From assembly GCA_038257035.1 (NCBI GenBank), contig JBBSJT010000040.1:1-18717 (forward strand): 18,717 nucleotides of DNA. The letters run 5' to 3'. Below, one piece after another: positions 1-8,633 of this stretch; position 1 is the stretch's first letter; every line of letters starts with the position of its first letter. The DNA comes from Chlamydiia bacterium (GTDB taxonomy: Bacteria > Chlamydiota > Chlamydiia > Chlamydiales > Parachlamydiaceae). A program made the position numbers and the translations under genes. A model generated the notes under the pieces. It saw only the letters and a list, made by a program, of their open reading frames with translations. It did not search any database and was not told where the DNA came from.

Positions 1-219
1 ATCCGGCTTAACGCAAAATCCATAACCTTCTTTAATCATGATGGTTCCGTTAATCTTAAGACCGGCCATATCAAGAGTTTTGATTGTCTTTCCTGACTCA
101 AGAACATCCAAATGAACAAAAACAGGCCCGATGTCAACTTTGCCTCCACAATGGTCTCCATAAACGAATATGGGTAATATTAAAGTAAATAATAGATAGA
201 TATGGTGTTTAAAACGCAT
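1..219 (-). CDS. 5' part of a secreted/outer-membrane hypothetical protein (runs off the left edge)
   Basis: Not in the ORF track; translated by hand. ATG at 219 preceded by a GGAG RBS, open to position 1: MRFKHHIYLLFTLILPIFVYGDHCGGKVDIGPVFVHLDVLESGKTIKTLDMAGLKINGTIMIKEGYGFCVKPD. Signal-peptide-like N-terminus followed by amphipathic beta-strand-like segments. Confidence 0.75.
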   Translation of the reverse strand, partial: MRFKHHIYLLFTLILPIFVYGDHCGGKVDIGPVFVHLDVLESGKTIKTLDMAGLKINGTIMIKEGYGFCVKPD

Positions 220-303
220 GTTATTTGTCTCCGTTAAAACGGCTATTCTATCAATTATCCCGCCTTTTTCGATAGTTTTTTTTTACTCACCCTAAGGAAA
301 AAA

Positions 304-2379
304 TTATTTAAACGTTGTAAAAATGGTCGGGTTACCATCAAACGGATCGATAACAGAATCAAAAATGTTTGGATTATTTAAAGTTTTTAAAATAATAAGT
401 TTAATTTCTTCAGTGGCCGCATCATAAATTTTTACGTTTTGAACTGTCAAAACGCCTTTTAAACAAATTGCTTGGTTACTTTCTTCGTAGTGCAGAGCAA
501 CATTCCATTTAAAAGTAATGTTTGCGTAGTCAATAGCTTTATTTGCCATCGAATAAATTTCATACTGTTTGAAATGAGTGGCCGAAAATTGATCGTTATT
601 TTTTATTTGAAGATGGGTAATGGATTCTAACTTTGGCTCTGTTTGTATTTCTGCAGATACCGGAAAAATGCCGCCAAAAAGATGGCGAATGCAAAGATCC
701 GCTTTTAACCAGCATGAATTGGTATTTAATTTTAAGACACTGATACAGGGAACGCTTAGTTCTACCAAAAGTTGGTCCAGACAAGCTTGATGGAGGTTTA
801 AGTTAAAAGTAGTTTTAAATTTTAAGAAAGGGATTGCAGGATAACATTCAAGTTTTTTTTCAATCGTAGCCCAAGAAATCTCTTCTTGTAAAAGATCATT
901 TTGAATGGATTTTGTGATGAGTTCAATGTTGACTAAGACGTTTGCTTGATTCTGACACTCTTCCCTTTTAAATTTTCTATCAAAGCCTGCAGAGTAAATG
1001 GCATCAAGAAGCTCCGTTAAAAATTCAAACTGGCTTTCCTTTCTAGTACCTTTAAATCCAACTAAACGAATAGATTCTTCATTTACGGTCATTTCTTTGT
1101 AGTTTTCCAAATATTCAGGGCTAAATTCATTAACGATTTCTGTAATAGGTATTTGAAAATGGGAATTTTTTGAAAAGATTGACTCATACCATTCATGTTC
1201 CTGACGTACGATGTGATCCGTACTGAAACTTAAACATTTTTTAATATTTTGATGATCCAGTTCACCAACCCTTGATGCTAGTAAATAGAGCATTTTTAAA
1301 TCGGCCCAATTATTACAACAGTTCAAAAGGTTTTCAAAATCTTTTTTTTTCAATTTTAAAGCAAGCAATAGAAGATCCATGATTTTTGCATCTTTGGTTT
1401 TATCTTCAAGTAGGTAAATGAATGTTTTTAAAGGGTTAATCTCTTCATGAGAAAATTTATATGAAGAGATTATCTGATCTAAACCATTAAAAAAATCATT
1501 GATCCATCTAGTTTTGTTAGCAATTTTTCGTTCTTTATTTTTTTGTGATAAAATTTGGATGATTGAATCTTGCAAAAATTCAATACGTGAGACAACTGCT
1601 TTTACGAGTATCATGCTTTTTTGAAGCTTAATAAGTGCCGATTGTGCTCTTGGCAGTTCTGATTTCACAAGCTCGATTGAGGATGTTCGCTTTAAATTAA
1701 AGTTAGTTTTTATTTCCTTAAGAATTTCATCATCAAAAAAACTTTTTGCCATCTCATCTAGTACCGTTGCCGAAGAAATACTAAAAGCATCCGATTCATG
1801 CGACTCCAAATGTTTTTTTAATTTTTTACGAAATTTGTCATTTATCGAAATTTCTTTATTTTCTTCGACAAATTTAAATTCATCTAAGTTCTTTAGTTTT
1901 TTAACTGATTTAAAACTATTTAAAGAATCTCTTGCGCTCAAAAAAGATTCTCTTTGAAGAAAATTTCTTTCTGAAAATATTGAAATCTCGTTTGAACGAG
2001 CAAATCCTTCACCAAGGTCAAGTTTTTTAACTTTTGTTTTTTTTTTTAGATCTGTATCTTGGTAGGGGTCATTTTTTTTTGTTGGGGCTGTTAGACTTCT
2101 GCGATTGAGCTGTCTTCTTGCTTTTTTTTCTTCAGGGCTTTCTTCTAAATCGCAATTATCACTTTTTACATCATTGATAATTAAGTGTGTAAAGTTATTG
2201 TTCGTTTTTTTTTCAGTTACTGATGTATGTTTTTCCGATTCTAGAAAACTATTTTCAAATAATTTATAATTATTTAGAATTGAAGAAGATTTTTTGTTAG
2301 CAGTTTTCTGAGTAAATTCCGCAAATGATTCTGAAATTGATAAATCCTTTTCATTATAAGGATGTAGACTGATCTCCAT
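304..2379 (-). CDS. hypothetical protein, 691 aa; low-complexity S/K/E-rich N-terminus, helical middle; candidate secreted effector
   Basis: Long uninterrupted ORF with an AGGGG RBS-like sequence upstream. No family motif recognised. Confidence 0.8.
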   Translation of the reverse strand: MEISLHPYNEKDLSISESFAEFTQKTANKKSSSILNNYKLFENSFLESEKHTSVTEKKTNNNFTHLIINDVKSDNCDLEESPEEKKARRQLNRRSLTAPTKKNDPYQDTDLKKKTKVKKLDLGEGFARSNEISIFSERNFLQRESFLSARDSLNSFKSVKKLKNLDEFKFVEENKEISINDKFRKKLKKHLESHESDAFSISSATVLDEMAKSFFDDEILKEIKTNFNLKRTSSIELVKSELPRAQSALIKLQKSMILVKAVVSRIEFLQDSIIQILSQKNKERKIANKTRWINDFFNGLDQIISSYKFSHEEINPLKTFIYLLEDKTKDAKIMDLLLLALKLKKKDFENLLNCCNNWADLKMLYLLASRVGELDHQNIKKCLSFSTDHIVRQEHEWYESIFSKNSHFQIPITEIVNEFSPEYLENYKEMTVNEESIRLVGFKGTRKESQFEFLTELLDAIYSAGFDRKFKREECQNQANVLVNIELITKSIQNDLLQEEISWATIEKKLECYPAIPFLKFKTTFNLNLHQACLDQLLVELSVPCISVLKLNTNSCWLKADLCIRHLFGGIFPVSAEIQTEPKLESITHLQIKNNDQFSATHFKQYEIYSMANKAIDYANITFKWNVALHYEESNQAICLKGVLTVQNVKIYDAATEEIKLIILKTLNNPNIFDSVIDPFDGNPTIFTTFK

Positions 2380-2472
2380 ATCGTACCCCTTTTTTTAAGT
2401 ATGCTATTCATTTTTCATCATACACAAATTTAAATAATTGAAAATCGAAGTTTGTTATGGTATATAGAGGAT

Positions 2473-3291
2473 ATGAATAAAATAAAACAATTGCTCACAG
2501 TAAAATCAAAAACTTTTTGGATTGGGCTCGGCCTATTGGCTTTAATTTTTATGCTTTGGTTTTTTGTTTGGAAGGAAAAAGAGGAAACCATTAAAGGGTA
2601 CCAATTTTTAATTGCCATCGACAAATCATGGACCCCTCTTGAATTGCATGGACAAGAGCAGTATATGCAGGGATTTATTTCTGAATTGACTGCTAAAATT
2701 GCTAAAGAGGAAGAGATTAAGATCCAGCTTGTTACTGTGGCCTCCTCCCAATTATTTGATAGTTTGGAAAAAGGTTATTATGATGGGGTGATTAGTCCAC
2801 TTTCTCCTAATGTAATTAATGAAGAAAAATATGTTTTTTCAGAGCCTATTTATCTGGTTGGTCCTGTCTTAATCGTTCCTCTACACTCCAAAGCTACAAA
2901 AATTTCTGAATTACACAATGTTGGGGTAAAAACCGGTTTTTCAGGGATATTTACACTTTCAGGGTCCCCTATGACTCAAATTTTAACATACAATGACATG
3001 AATATAGCCTTAAACGATCTTGCAATGGGAAGGATTGATGGTTTAATTATGGGGAGCATTGATGCATACGCTTACATTCAAGGCTACTATACCGATAAAC
3101 TAAAAGTTGTAACCTCCCCACTTACAAATGAAGGTTTACGCCTTGTAACATTGAATAAATTTTTTGGCCAGGAACTAGAAAAACATTTTGATGAGGGATT
3201 ACTTCAGACAAAAAAAGATGGCTACTATCAAAATTTGCTTAAAAAATGGGAACTTATCGATCCCGAGAAAGCCTACCTTCCTCCTATGTAG
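2473..3291 (+). CDS. polar amino-acid ABC transporter substrate-binding protein (SBP family 3, ArtJ/FliY-like) with N-terminal membrane anchor
   Basis: Motifs GFISEL..KIA, LFDSLEKGYYDGVIS, YVFSEPIY, ALNDLAMGRIDG and DGYYQNLLKKW. Start moved from 2452 to ATG 2473 because GAGG lies just upstream. Confidence 0.85.
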   Translation: MNKIKQLLTVKSKTFWIGLGLLALIFMLWFFVWKEKEETIKGYQFLIAIDKSWTPLELHGQEQYMQGFISELTAKIAKEEEIKIQLVTVASSQLFDSLEKGYYDGVISPLSPNVINEEKYVFSEPIYLVGPVLIVPLHSKATKISELHNVGVKTGFSGIFTLSGSPMTQILTYNDMNIALNDLAMGRIDGLIMGSIDAYAYIQGYYTDKLKVVTSPLTNEGLRLVTLNKFFGQELEKHFDEGLLQTKKDGYYQNLLKKWELIDPEKAYLPPM

Positions 3292-5852
3292 ATGCGGCAT
3301 TTATCGACTTCTCTAAATTCATTCTCGCAAGCTCTATAGATCTCTTCATTGATTGGTAAAGGTTTAATTTGCCAAACTTCTTCGCAGTATTTTCTGGTAG
3401 CAACATCGCCAGAAAAATTCCCCATTCCTGCAATGTTATGAATGATATTTTCAGCCCAAAGAAAAGGTTCTTGATAAAGTTTTTCAACCTTTAATTGTGT
3501 TTCACAGTAACTATTAAAGTCGTGTAAAACAAAGTAAGGATCGGCAACATTGCCGTTAATTCCATCTATTAAACTCATGTATATTTTTGTAAAGGCAGCA
3601 TGTTCCTGATCATTAATTGCAAAGGTGCGATCAATTAATGTATCCAAAACTTTTCTGATTTTCGAATCTTGATTGGCAATACTCTGAGCATGGTACGATT
3701 GTTCAGATTTCATTAAAGCGATTTCATGGGCATTAGCACCAAAGCAAAATGGCCACCATTTCTCTCCAATTTCCTCTCTCATTTCAATATTGGCACCATC
3801 ATCAGTACCAATAGTTAAAGCCCCATTCATTGTAAGTTTCATGTTCCCTGTTCCTGATGCTTCGGTACCGGCTGTGGAAATTTGTTCTGATAAATCAGCA
3901 GCAGGAATAATGATTTCAGCTTTTGAAACATTGTAATTTTCAATGTAAATGATTTTAAGATGACTATTGACTCTATTATCATTATTAACTTTCCTTGCTA
4001 CACAAGCGATGAGCTGAATGATGTTTTTTGCCATCTCGTAGCCTGCCGCAGACTTACCTGCAAAAACGCTTAAGCGCTTAATCCTTTGATTCGCATTAGG
4101 ATTTTCAATAAGTTCCTGATAAACACTGATGAGATGTAAGATATTTAAAAGCTGTCTTTTATATTCATGAACGCGTTTAATATGCACATCAAAGATAGAG
4201 TCGATATCTATAGGTGTCGTAGCTGTAGTGTAAGAACCTGAAGAGTCGCGAAGATGATTATTATGATGTAAAAATTCAATGAGTCGCTGTTTGTTGCGCT
4301 TTTTAATCGATAATAGCTCAACTTGTGCATCCTGGTTATTTGCATAGTTTTCTAATTTTCTTATTTGCGAAAAATCTGTAATCCATCCATCTCCAATACG
4401 TTTTGTAATGAATTTGGCAAGTTCAGGGTTTGCCTCTAAAAGCCATCGACGTTGAGTTACACCATTTGTAATATTTATAAATTTTCCGGGATAAAAATCA
4501 TTGAAATCTTTAAAAACATCATTTTTTAAAATATTTGTATGGATATCAGAAACCCCATTAACTTTATGAGATCCAACTATCGATAAATTAGCCATTTTAA
4601 CAACGCCATTTTGGATAATGGACATTCTTCTAACTTTTTCTTCATCATTTGGATATCTTGTGCGTATTGCATTACAAAATTCAAAATTTAAACGTTCAAT
4701 AATTTTGGTTTGCCTTGGAAGAAGGTAGTACATAAGACCCAAATCCCAAGTTTCCAGAGCCTCGCTTAATACAGTGTGATTGGTGTAACCTGTAACTTGC
4801 TGAGTGATTTCTACTGCCATATTCCATGGTAAATCATGATCTGATGTTAAAAGGCGTATCATTTCTGCTATAATCAATGATGGGTGAGTGTCATTGATTT
4901 GAATGCGCACCTTATCTCTAAACTCCCTAAAAGTAGAATGAGATACAAGGTAATGGCGTATGATATCTTGTAGGGATGCAGAAACCAGCAAATATTCTTG
5001 TTTTAATCGGATGCGACGCCCAAGTTCATGGTGATCGCTTGGGTAAAGAACATCCGTTAAAGTTGTGTTTTCGGCTGCTTGATCAAGTTTTCCGGCATTA
5101 TAGCGCTGCAATTGAAAGTTTCTTGGAGATTCCTTTGTTGACCACATTCTTAAAGTGACTACAGAAAAACGATGCTCTTTAGAATAACCAATGATTGGTA
5201 AGTCAAAGGGAACGGCTCCGACTTCCTCATAATCTTTTAATGAAAAAATTTCATCTCCATGGATATTCTTAGCAGGAGACATTTGGCCGCCATATTTTAC
5301 AGTCATGCGTCTTAAATCTCGTCTAAATTCCCAAGGGTTTTCGTTGAAAAGCCAGCAATCAGGGGCTTCAATTTGAAGGCCATCCCAAAGTTGCTGTTCA
5401 AAAATGCCATATTGATAGCGCAAACCATATCCTTGGGCAGGATAATGTTGTGTGGCAAGGGAGTCTAAATAACAAGAAGCCAATCTTCCAAGGCCTCCAT
5501 TGCCAAGACCGGGATCAGCTTCTCTTGATACAACTTCTTGGTAGCTTCGATTAAGTTTTTGTAAGACGCGATGTACAACTTCGGTTGAATTTAAATTGGC
5601 AATGTTGCTGCATATAAGCCTTCCCGGTAAATACTCCATCGAAAGATAATAGACCATCCTGGCATCATGTTTCTGATACGTCTTATTGCAAGAGAGCCAA
5701 TTGATCATGATTTCTTCTCGAAGAGCGTAAGATAATGCTTTGTAGAATTCTTGAACATTTGCTTCTTCGGATGTTCTACCCATAGTGGTTATCAAATAAT
5801 GCTTTGTTTTAGCAGCTAACATCTCGGCTTGGTAATCTAAATCCATATCCAT
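3273..5852 (-). CDS. glgP: glycogen/starch/alpha-glucan phosphorylase
   Basis: GLGNGGLGRLASCYLDS, GYGLRYQYGIFEQ, INDTHP, NGVTQRRWL, KRVHEYKRQLLN and the PLP-binding EASGTGNMK are all intact. Confidence 0.98.
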   Translation of the reverse strand: MDMDLDYQAEMLAAKTKHYLITTMGRTSEEANVQEFYKALSYALREEIMINWLSCNKTYQKHDARMVYYLSMEYLPGRLICSNIANLNSTEVVHRVLQKLNRSYQEVVSREADPGLGNGGLGRLASCYLDSLATQHYPAQGYGLRYQYGIFEQQLWDGLQIEAPDCWLFNENPWEFRRDLRRMTVKYGGQMSPAKNIHGDEIFSLKDYEEVGAVPFDLPIIGYSKEHRFSVVTLRMWSTKESPRNFQLQRYNAGKLDQAAENTTLTDVLYPSDHHELGRRIRLKQEYLLVSASLQDIIRHYLVSHSTFREFRDKVRIQINDTHPSLIIAEMIRLLTSDHDLPWNMAVEITQQVTGYTNHTVLSEALETWDLGLMYYLLPRQTKIIERLNFEFCNAIRTRYPNDEEKVRRMSIIQNGVVKMANLSIVGSHKVNGVSDIHTNILKNDVFKDFNDFYPGKFINITNGVTQRRWLLEANPELAKFITKRIGDGWITDFSQIRKLENYANNQDAQVELLSIKKRNKQRLIEFLHHNNHLRDSSGSYTTATTPIDIDSIFDVHIKRVHEYKRQLLNILHLISVYQELIENPNANQRIKRLSVFAGKSAAGYEMAKNIIQLIACVARKVNNDNRVNSHLKIIYIENYNVSKAEIIIPAADLSEQISTAGTEASGTGNMKLTMNGALTIGTDDGANIEMREEIGEKWWPFCFGANAHEIALMKSEQSYHAQSIANQDSKIRKVLDTLIDRTFAINDQEHAAFTKIYMSLIDGINGNVADPYFVLHDFNSYCETQLKVEKLYQEPFLWAENIIHNIAGMGNFSGDVATRKYCEEVWQIKPLPINEEIYRACENEFREVDKCRIYIGGR

Positions 5853-5880
5853 TTTGTGGCCTTTTTTTCATTATGATTTG

Positions 5881-5909
5881 ACCATAACCCATTGATTTTT
5901 TTTAAACAA
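5881..5909 (-). promoter_or_regulatory. putative sigma70/sigma66-type promoter for glgP
   Basis: Minus strand TTGTTT-N17-TATGGT about 30 bp upstream of the ATG. Motif match only, in AT-rich DNA. Confidence 0.3.
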
Positions 5910-6008
5910 CGATCTTTTCGTCTCGAAAAATAAAGAAAATTAGGTTTGTTATATATAATATGTTATTTGGTTGCATAGTTTTTAGATTGTTTAAAAAAGG
6001 ATTTTTTT

Positions 6009-6827
6009 ATGATTAGCACCTCATTTAATCATGTAAATGAAAAATTTGTTTCACCATTTGATTTTAAAAAAATTCCTAAAGAATTGATATTAGAAATTTT
6101 TTCATTTCTTAATTTTGAAGATTTACTTTCCTGCTCACAAGTCGAAAAAAAAGATTGGATAATTTTAACAAATAAGAATTTTTTGTTAAAAAAAATCATC
6201 TACAGAGAGAAGACGTTTAATCCAGAAGATTGGCAACGGCATCTTGGAGTCTCTTTTGAGCATTCTGAAGGCATAAAAGCTTATGAAATGCTCCCAAAAA
6301 ATATAGGAGAGCTTCTAAAAGGGCCATGTCCTATATTTGCAGGTAAAAAATTTGGAGAGACCCATGTTATAACTTGGCTACCAAAGGATTTAACCATTAA
6401 TAGTTTTGCTGAAATGTTAATTAAAAATCCTAATAACGCATTAAGTTTCCATGGCATTTGGGAAGGAATTCGACTAGAAATTGGGGATCGTAAACTCAAA
6501 AAATCAAAATGGATTGCTATGTCTAAATGGTCACTTGATGAGGCTAAAGGTTTAGGGTTTAAAGCACAAAAAAAACTTTTAGAACATATTGAAATGACAA
6601 AATTTAAACGTTGTGAAATTCCTACAACGCTTGAGGCAACGGTCTCAATTTCAACAGCTTTTTATAAAACAGGAAAACCAATATTTTTTAAGAGCTATAC
6701 TAGATGCCACGAAAAAGTAGCGGGCTGTCATGTCATTGTGGGGTTTGTTAAAGGTGTAAATGTCTTCAACCTGGATTTTTATGAAAATACCAATGTGGGA
6801 ATGGCCTCCCTCATCACCTTCCAATAA
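6009..6827 (+). CDS. F-box domain protein (eukaryote-like, candidate effector)
   Basis: N-terminal FKKIPKELILEIFSFLNFEDLLSCSQVEKKDW matches the F-box consensus LPxEILxxIFSxLxxxDLxxxxxVCKxW. AAGGA RBS upstream. Confidence 0.88.
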   Translation: MISTSFNHVNEKFVSPFDFKKIPKELILEIFSFLNFEDLLSCSQVEKKDWIILTNKNFLLKKIIYREKTFNPEDWQRHLGVSFEHSEGIKAYEMLPKNIGELLKGPCPIFAGKKFGETHVITWLPKDLTINSFAEMLIKNPNNALSFHGIWEGIRLEIGDRKLKKSKWIAMSKWSLDEAKGLGFKAQKKLLEHIEMTKFKRCEIPTTLEATVSISTAFYKTGKPIFFKSYTRCHEKVAGCHVIVGFVKGVNVFNLDFYENTNVGMASLITFQ

Positions 6828-6853
6828 AGGACCTTTATAAATCATTGTAATTG

Positions 6854-7085
6854 CGATTTTTTAACACGAAGACACAAAGACACAAAGACACGAAGACCGT
6901 TAGGGATTTATGAGGTGGTGATTTTTCAACGCAAAGGCGCAAAGGCGCAAAGAATTAAAATAAAGTTTTGAAGACCTAAAGATTAATTCTTCTTTGCGCC
7001 TTTGCGCCTTTGCGTTGAAAAAATTACAACTATATGAATTCCCTAATGGTCTTAGTGTCTTTGTGTCTTAGTGTTTAAAAAATCG
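6854..7085. repeat. nested palindromic element A: about 100-bp imperfect inverted arms made of 8-nt tandem repeats
   Basis: Outer arms: (CACRAAGA)x4 at 6865-6896 vs (TCTTWGTG)x3 at 7050-7073. Inner perfect 33-bp IR TTTTTCAA(CGCAAAGR)x3 A at 6922-6954 / 6990-7022 with a 35-nt loop. Confidence 0.95.
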
Positions 7086-7133
7086 AAATGTCTTGTAATC
7101 AAAACTGTCTTTTAAAATCTTCGTGTTTAAAAA

Positions 7134-7745
7134 CTACATCGAGTTGGGGGTGCCGAAGTAGCGGTCGCCAAAATCCCCAAGCCCCGGCGTTATCCATTTT
7201 TTGTCATTCAATCCCTCATCTACTTGTGCAATAACTATATTTACATCAGGACATTCCTTTTGTAAAACTGCAATACCTTCAGGCGAAGCTATAAAAGAAA
7301 TTAAGGTGATTTGTTTTTCAGAAGCACCGAGGGCTTTAATTTTTTTAATGGCCAAAGATGCACTGCCCCCTGTTGCTATCATAGGATCTAATACAAGGAT
7401 AGGGGTTTCAGGTTTAAAGGCAGGAATTTTTATATAATAAAGTTCTGGAATTGCTGTTAATTCATCGCGACGAACTCCAATAAAGCCAACACTTGCCTTT
7501 GGATAAAAGCGCATAAATGGAGGAAGAAGAACAAGACCTGATCGTAAAATAGGAATTAGAAGAGGGTCATGCTTAAAAGCTGTTCCATGTGTTTGCATAA
7601 GTGGGGTATCAACAAATACTGTGGCTTTTGGAAATAGAGCATCGGATTCAATGGCCAAAACTGTTCCAAGTAAATCTGTCGCTTGTCGGTACTCCTCAAT
7701 AGAGCAGTTTTTATTACGTAAAGTTGTAATTAATGTTTTTTTCAT
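7134..7745 (-). CDS. upp: uracil phosphoribosyltransferase
   Basis: LIPILRSG, GFIGVRRDE, PRPP-binding LDPMIATGGS and the C-terminal ITPGLGDFGDRYFGT signature. Start reassigned to ATG 7745 (MKKTLITTLR), with an AAGG RBS overlapping the comF stop. Confidence 0.96.
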   Translation of the reverse strand: MKKTLITTLRNKNCSIEEYRQATDLLGTVLAIESDALFPKATVFVDTPLMQTHGTAFKHDPLLIPILRSGLVLLPPFMRFYPKASVGFIGVRRDELTAIPELYYIKIPAFKPETPILVLDPMIATGGSASLAIKKIKALGASEKQITLISFIASPEGIAVLQKECPDVNIVIAQVDEGLNDKKWITPGLGDFGDRYFGTPNSM

Positions 7746-7747
7746 AC

Positions 7748-8473
7748 TTACCTTATAGGGTTTGCCTGACAAAGAGTCAAAGCGTATATGCTGTTTGGAT
7801 AATCTTCTAAAAGAGCCTCCGCACATTTTTGCAAAGTAGTTCCTGTTGTTAAAACATCATCCACAAGTAAAATAACTTTGTCTTTCAGATTTTGATTTTT
7901 TTTTAAGAAAATGGATTTTCCATTTAATTTTAGCCTTTGGGAATGGCTTAAACCTGCCTGAGAAAAGTCATCACTTTTTCTTATCAAAGCTTTTACAACA
8001 GGTCTTTTTATCATTTGGCCAATGCTTTCAGAAAGAAGCTCAGCTTGATTGTACCCTCTGGTTAGCCACCGAGAAAAGCTTTGAGGAACAGGGACGATAA
8101 GATCAGGCATTGGCCACTTTAGCTGAATGAATTGCGCAGTCATAAAACTGCCGAGTCCTTGGCTTAAATAAGGCTTATTACCATATTTAAACTCTTTTAC
8201 GAATGTTGAAGGTACTCCTTTATATTCAAATGTTGCAGCTATAGAAGTTAGAGATGATTTTTTTGAGGAACATTTTACACAATGCATTTTTTTTGTACAA
8301 TATTGAATAGAAAAACAAGCAGGGCAATGAAGTTTAATATCGATCAGTTCCAGTAAATCAAAACAAGTTTCACAAAGAAGCTCTCTTTCTTGCAAAAGAG
8401 TGTCTCTACAATGTATACAAATAGGTGGATAAACAAGATCCACACATGATTTCAGGAGTTTTTTTAAATACAT
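7748..8473 (-). CDS. comF: ComF family protein (double zinc ribbon plus phosphoribosyltransferase domain)
   Basis: YPPICIHC, CETC, CPAC and CVKC Cys pairs; IVPVP...RGYNQAELL; LLVDDVLTTGTTL. Confidence 0.92.
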   Translation of the reverse strand: MYLKKLLKSCVDLVYPPICIHCRDTLLQERELLCETCFDLLELIDIKLHCPACFSIQYCTKKMHCVKCSSKKSSLTSIAATFEYKGVPSTFVKEFKYGNKPYLSQGLGSFMTAQFIQLKWPMPDLIVPVPQSFSRWLTRGYNQAELLSESIGQMIKRPVVKALIRKSDDFSQAGLSHSQRLKLNGKSIFLKKNQNLKDKVILLVDDVLTTGTTLQKCAEALLEDYPNSIYALTLCQANPIR

Positions 8474-8576
8474 GGCTCTAAATGATTCTAATGTTTCCTT
8501 TTATTTTATTATATATTGCTGTTCCTGAAAAGTTAAAAAAGCTCTAGATTTTGGTTATATCAAGGTCATTTTTATA

Positions 8577-8605
8577 TTGCATTACTCATTTTATTCATCT
8601 AAAGT
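8577..8605 (+). promoter_or_regulatory. putative sigma70/sigma66-type promoter for the 8634 ORF-pgeF pair
   Basis: TTGCAT(8577-8582)-N17-TAAAGT(8600-8605), followed by an AGAGGG RBS before ATG 8634. Confidence 0.4.
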
Positions 8606-8633
8606 AGCTTTCAATTAAAGAGGGTCGTCTCTA

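Noticed and set aside
2037..2047. T11 homopolymer (A11 on the coding strand) as a phase-variation or frameshift site
   Set aside because: The frame is intact, it encodes a Lys run, and long A/T runs are common in this AT-rich window.
2438..2466. TTGAAA-N17-TATATA promoter for the SBP gene
   Set aside because: It would place the transcription start at about the ATG, conflicting with the GAGG RBS; too ambiguous in AT-rich DNA.
6700..7085. Complete diversity-generating retroelement at the F-box gene
   Set aside because: No reverse transcriptase, Avd-like gene or template repeat is visible in the window; kept only as a testable side note.
6854..7085. Element A as an IS or classical MITE with target-site duplication
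   Set aside because: No transposase and no convincing flanking direct repeat could be identified by eye for elements A, B or C.
7746..7826. 27-aa N-terminal extension of Upp given by the ORF track
   Set aside because: It overlaps comF; ATG 7745 has an RBS and gives a typical Upp length of 203 aa.
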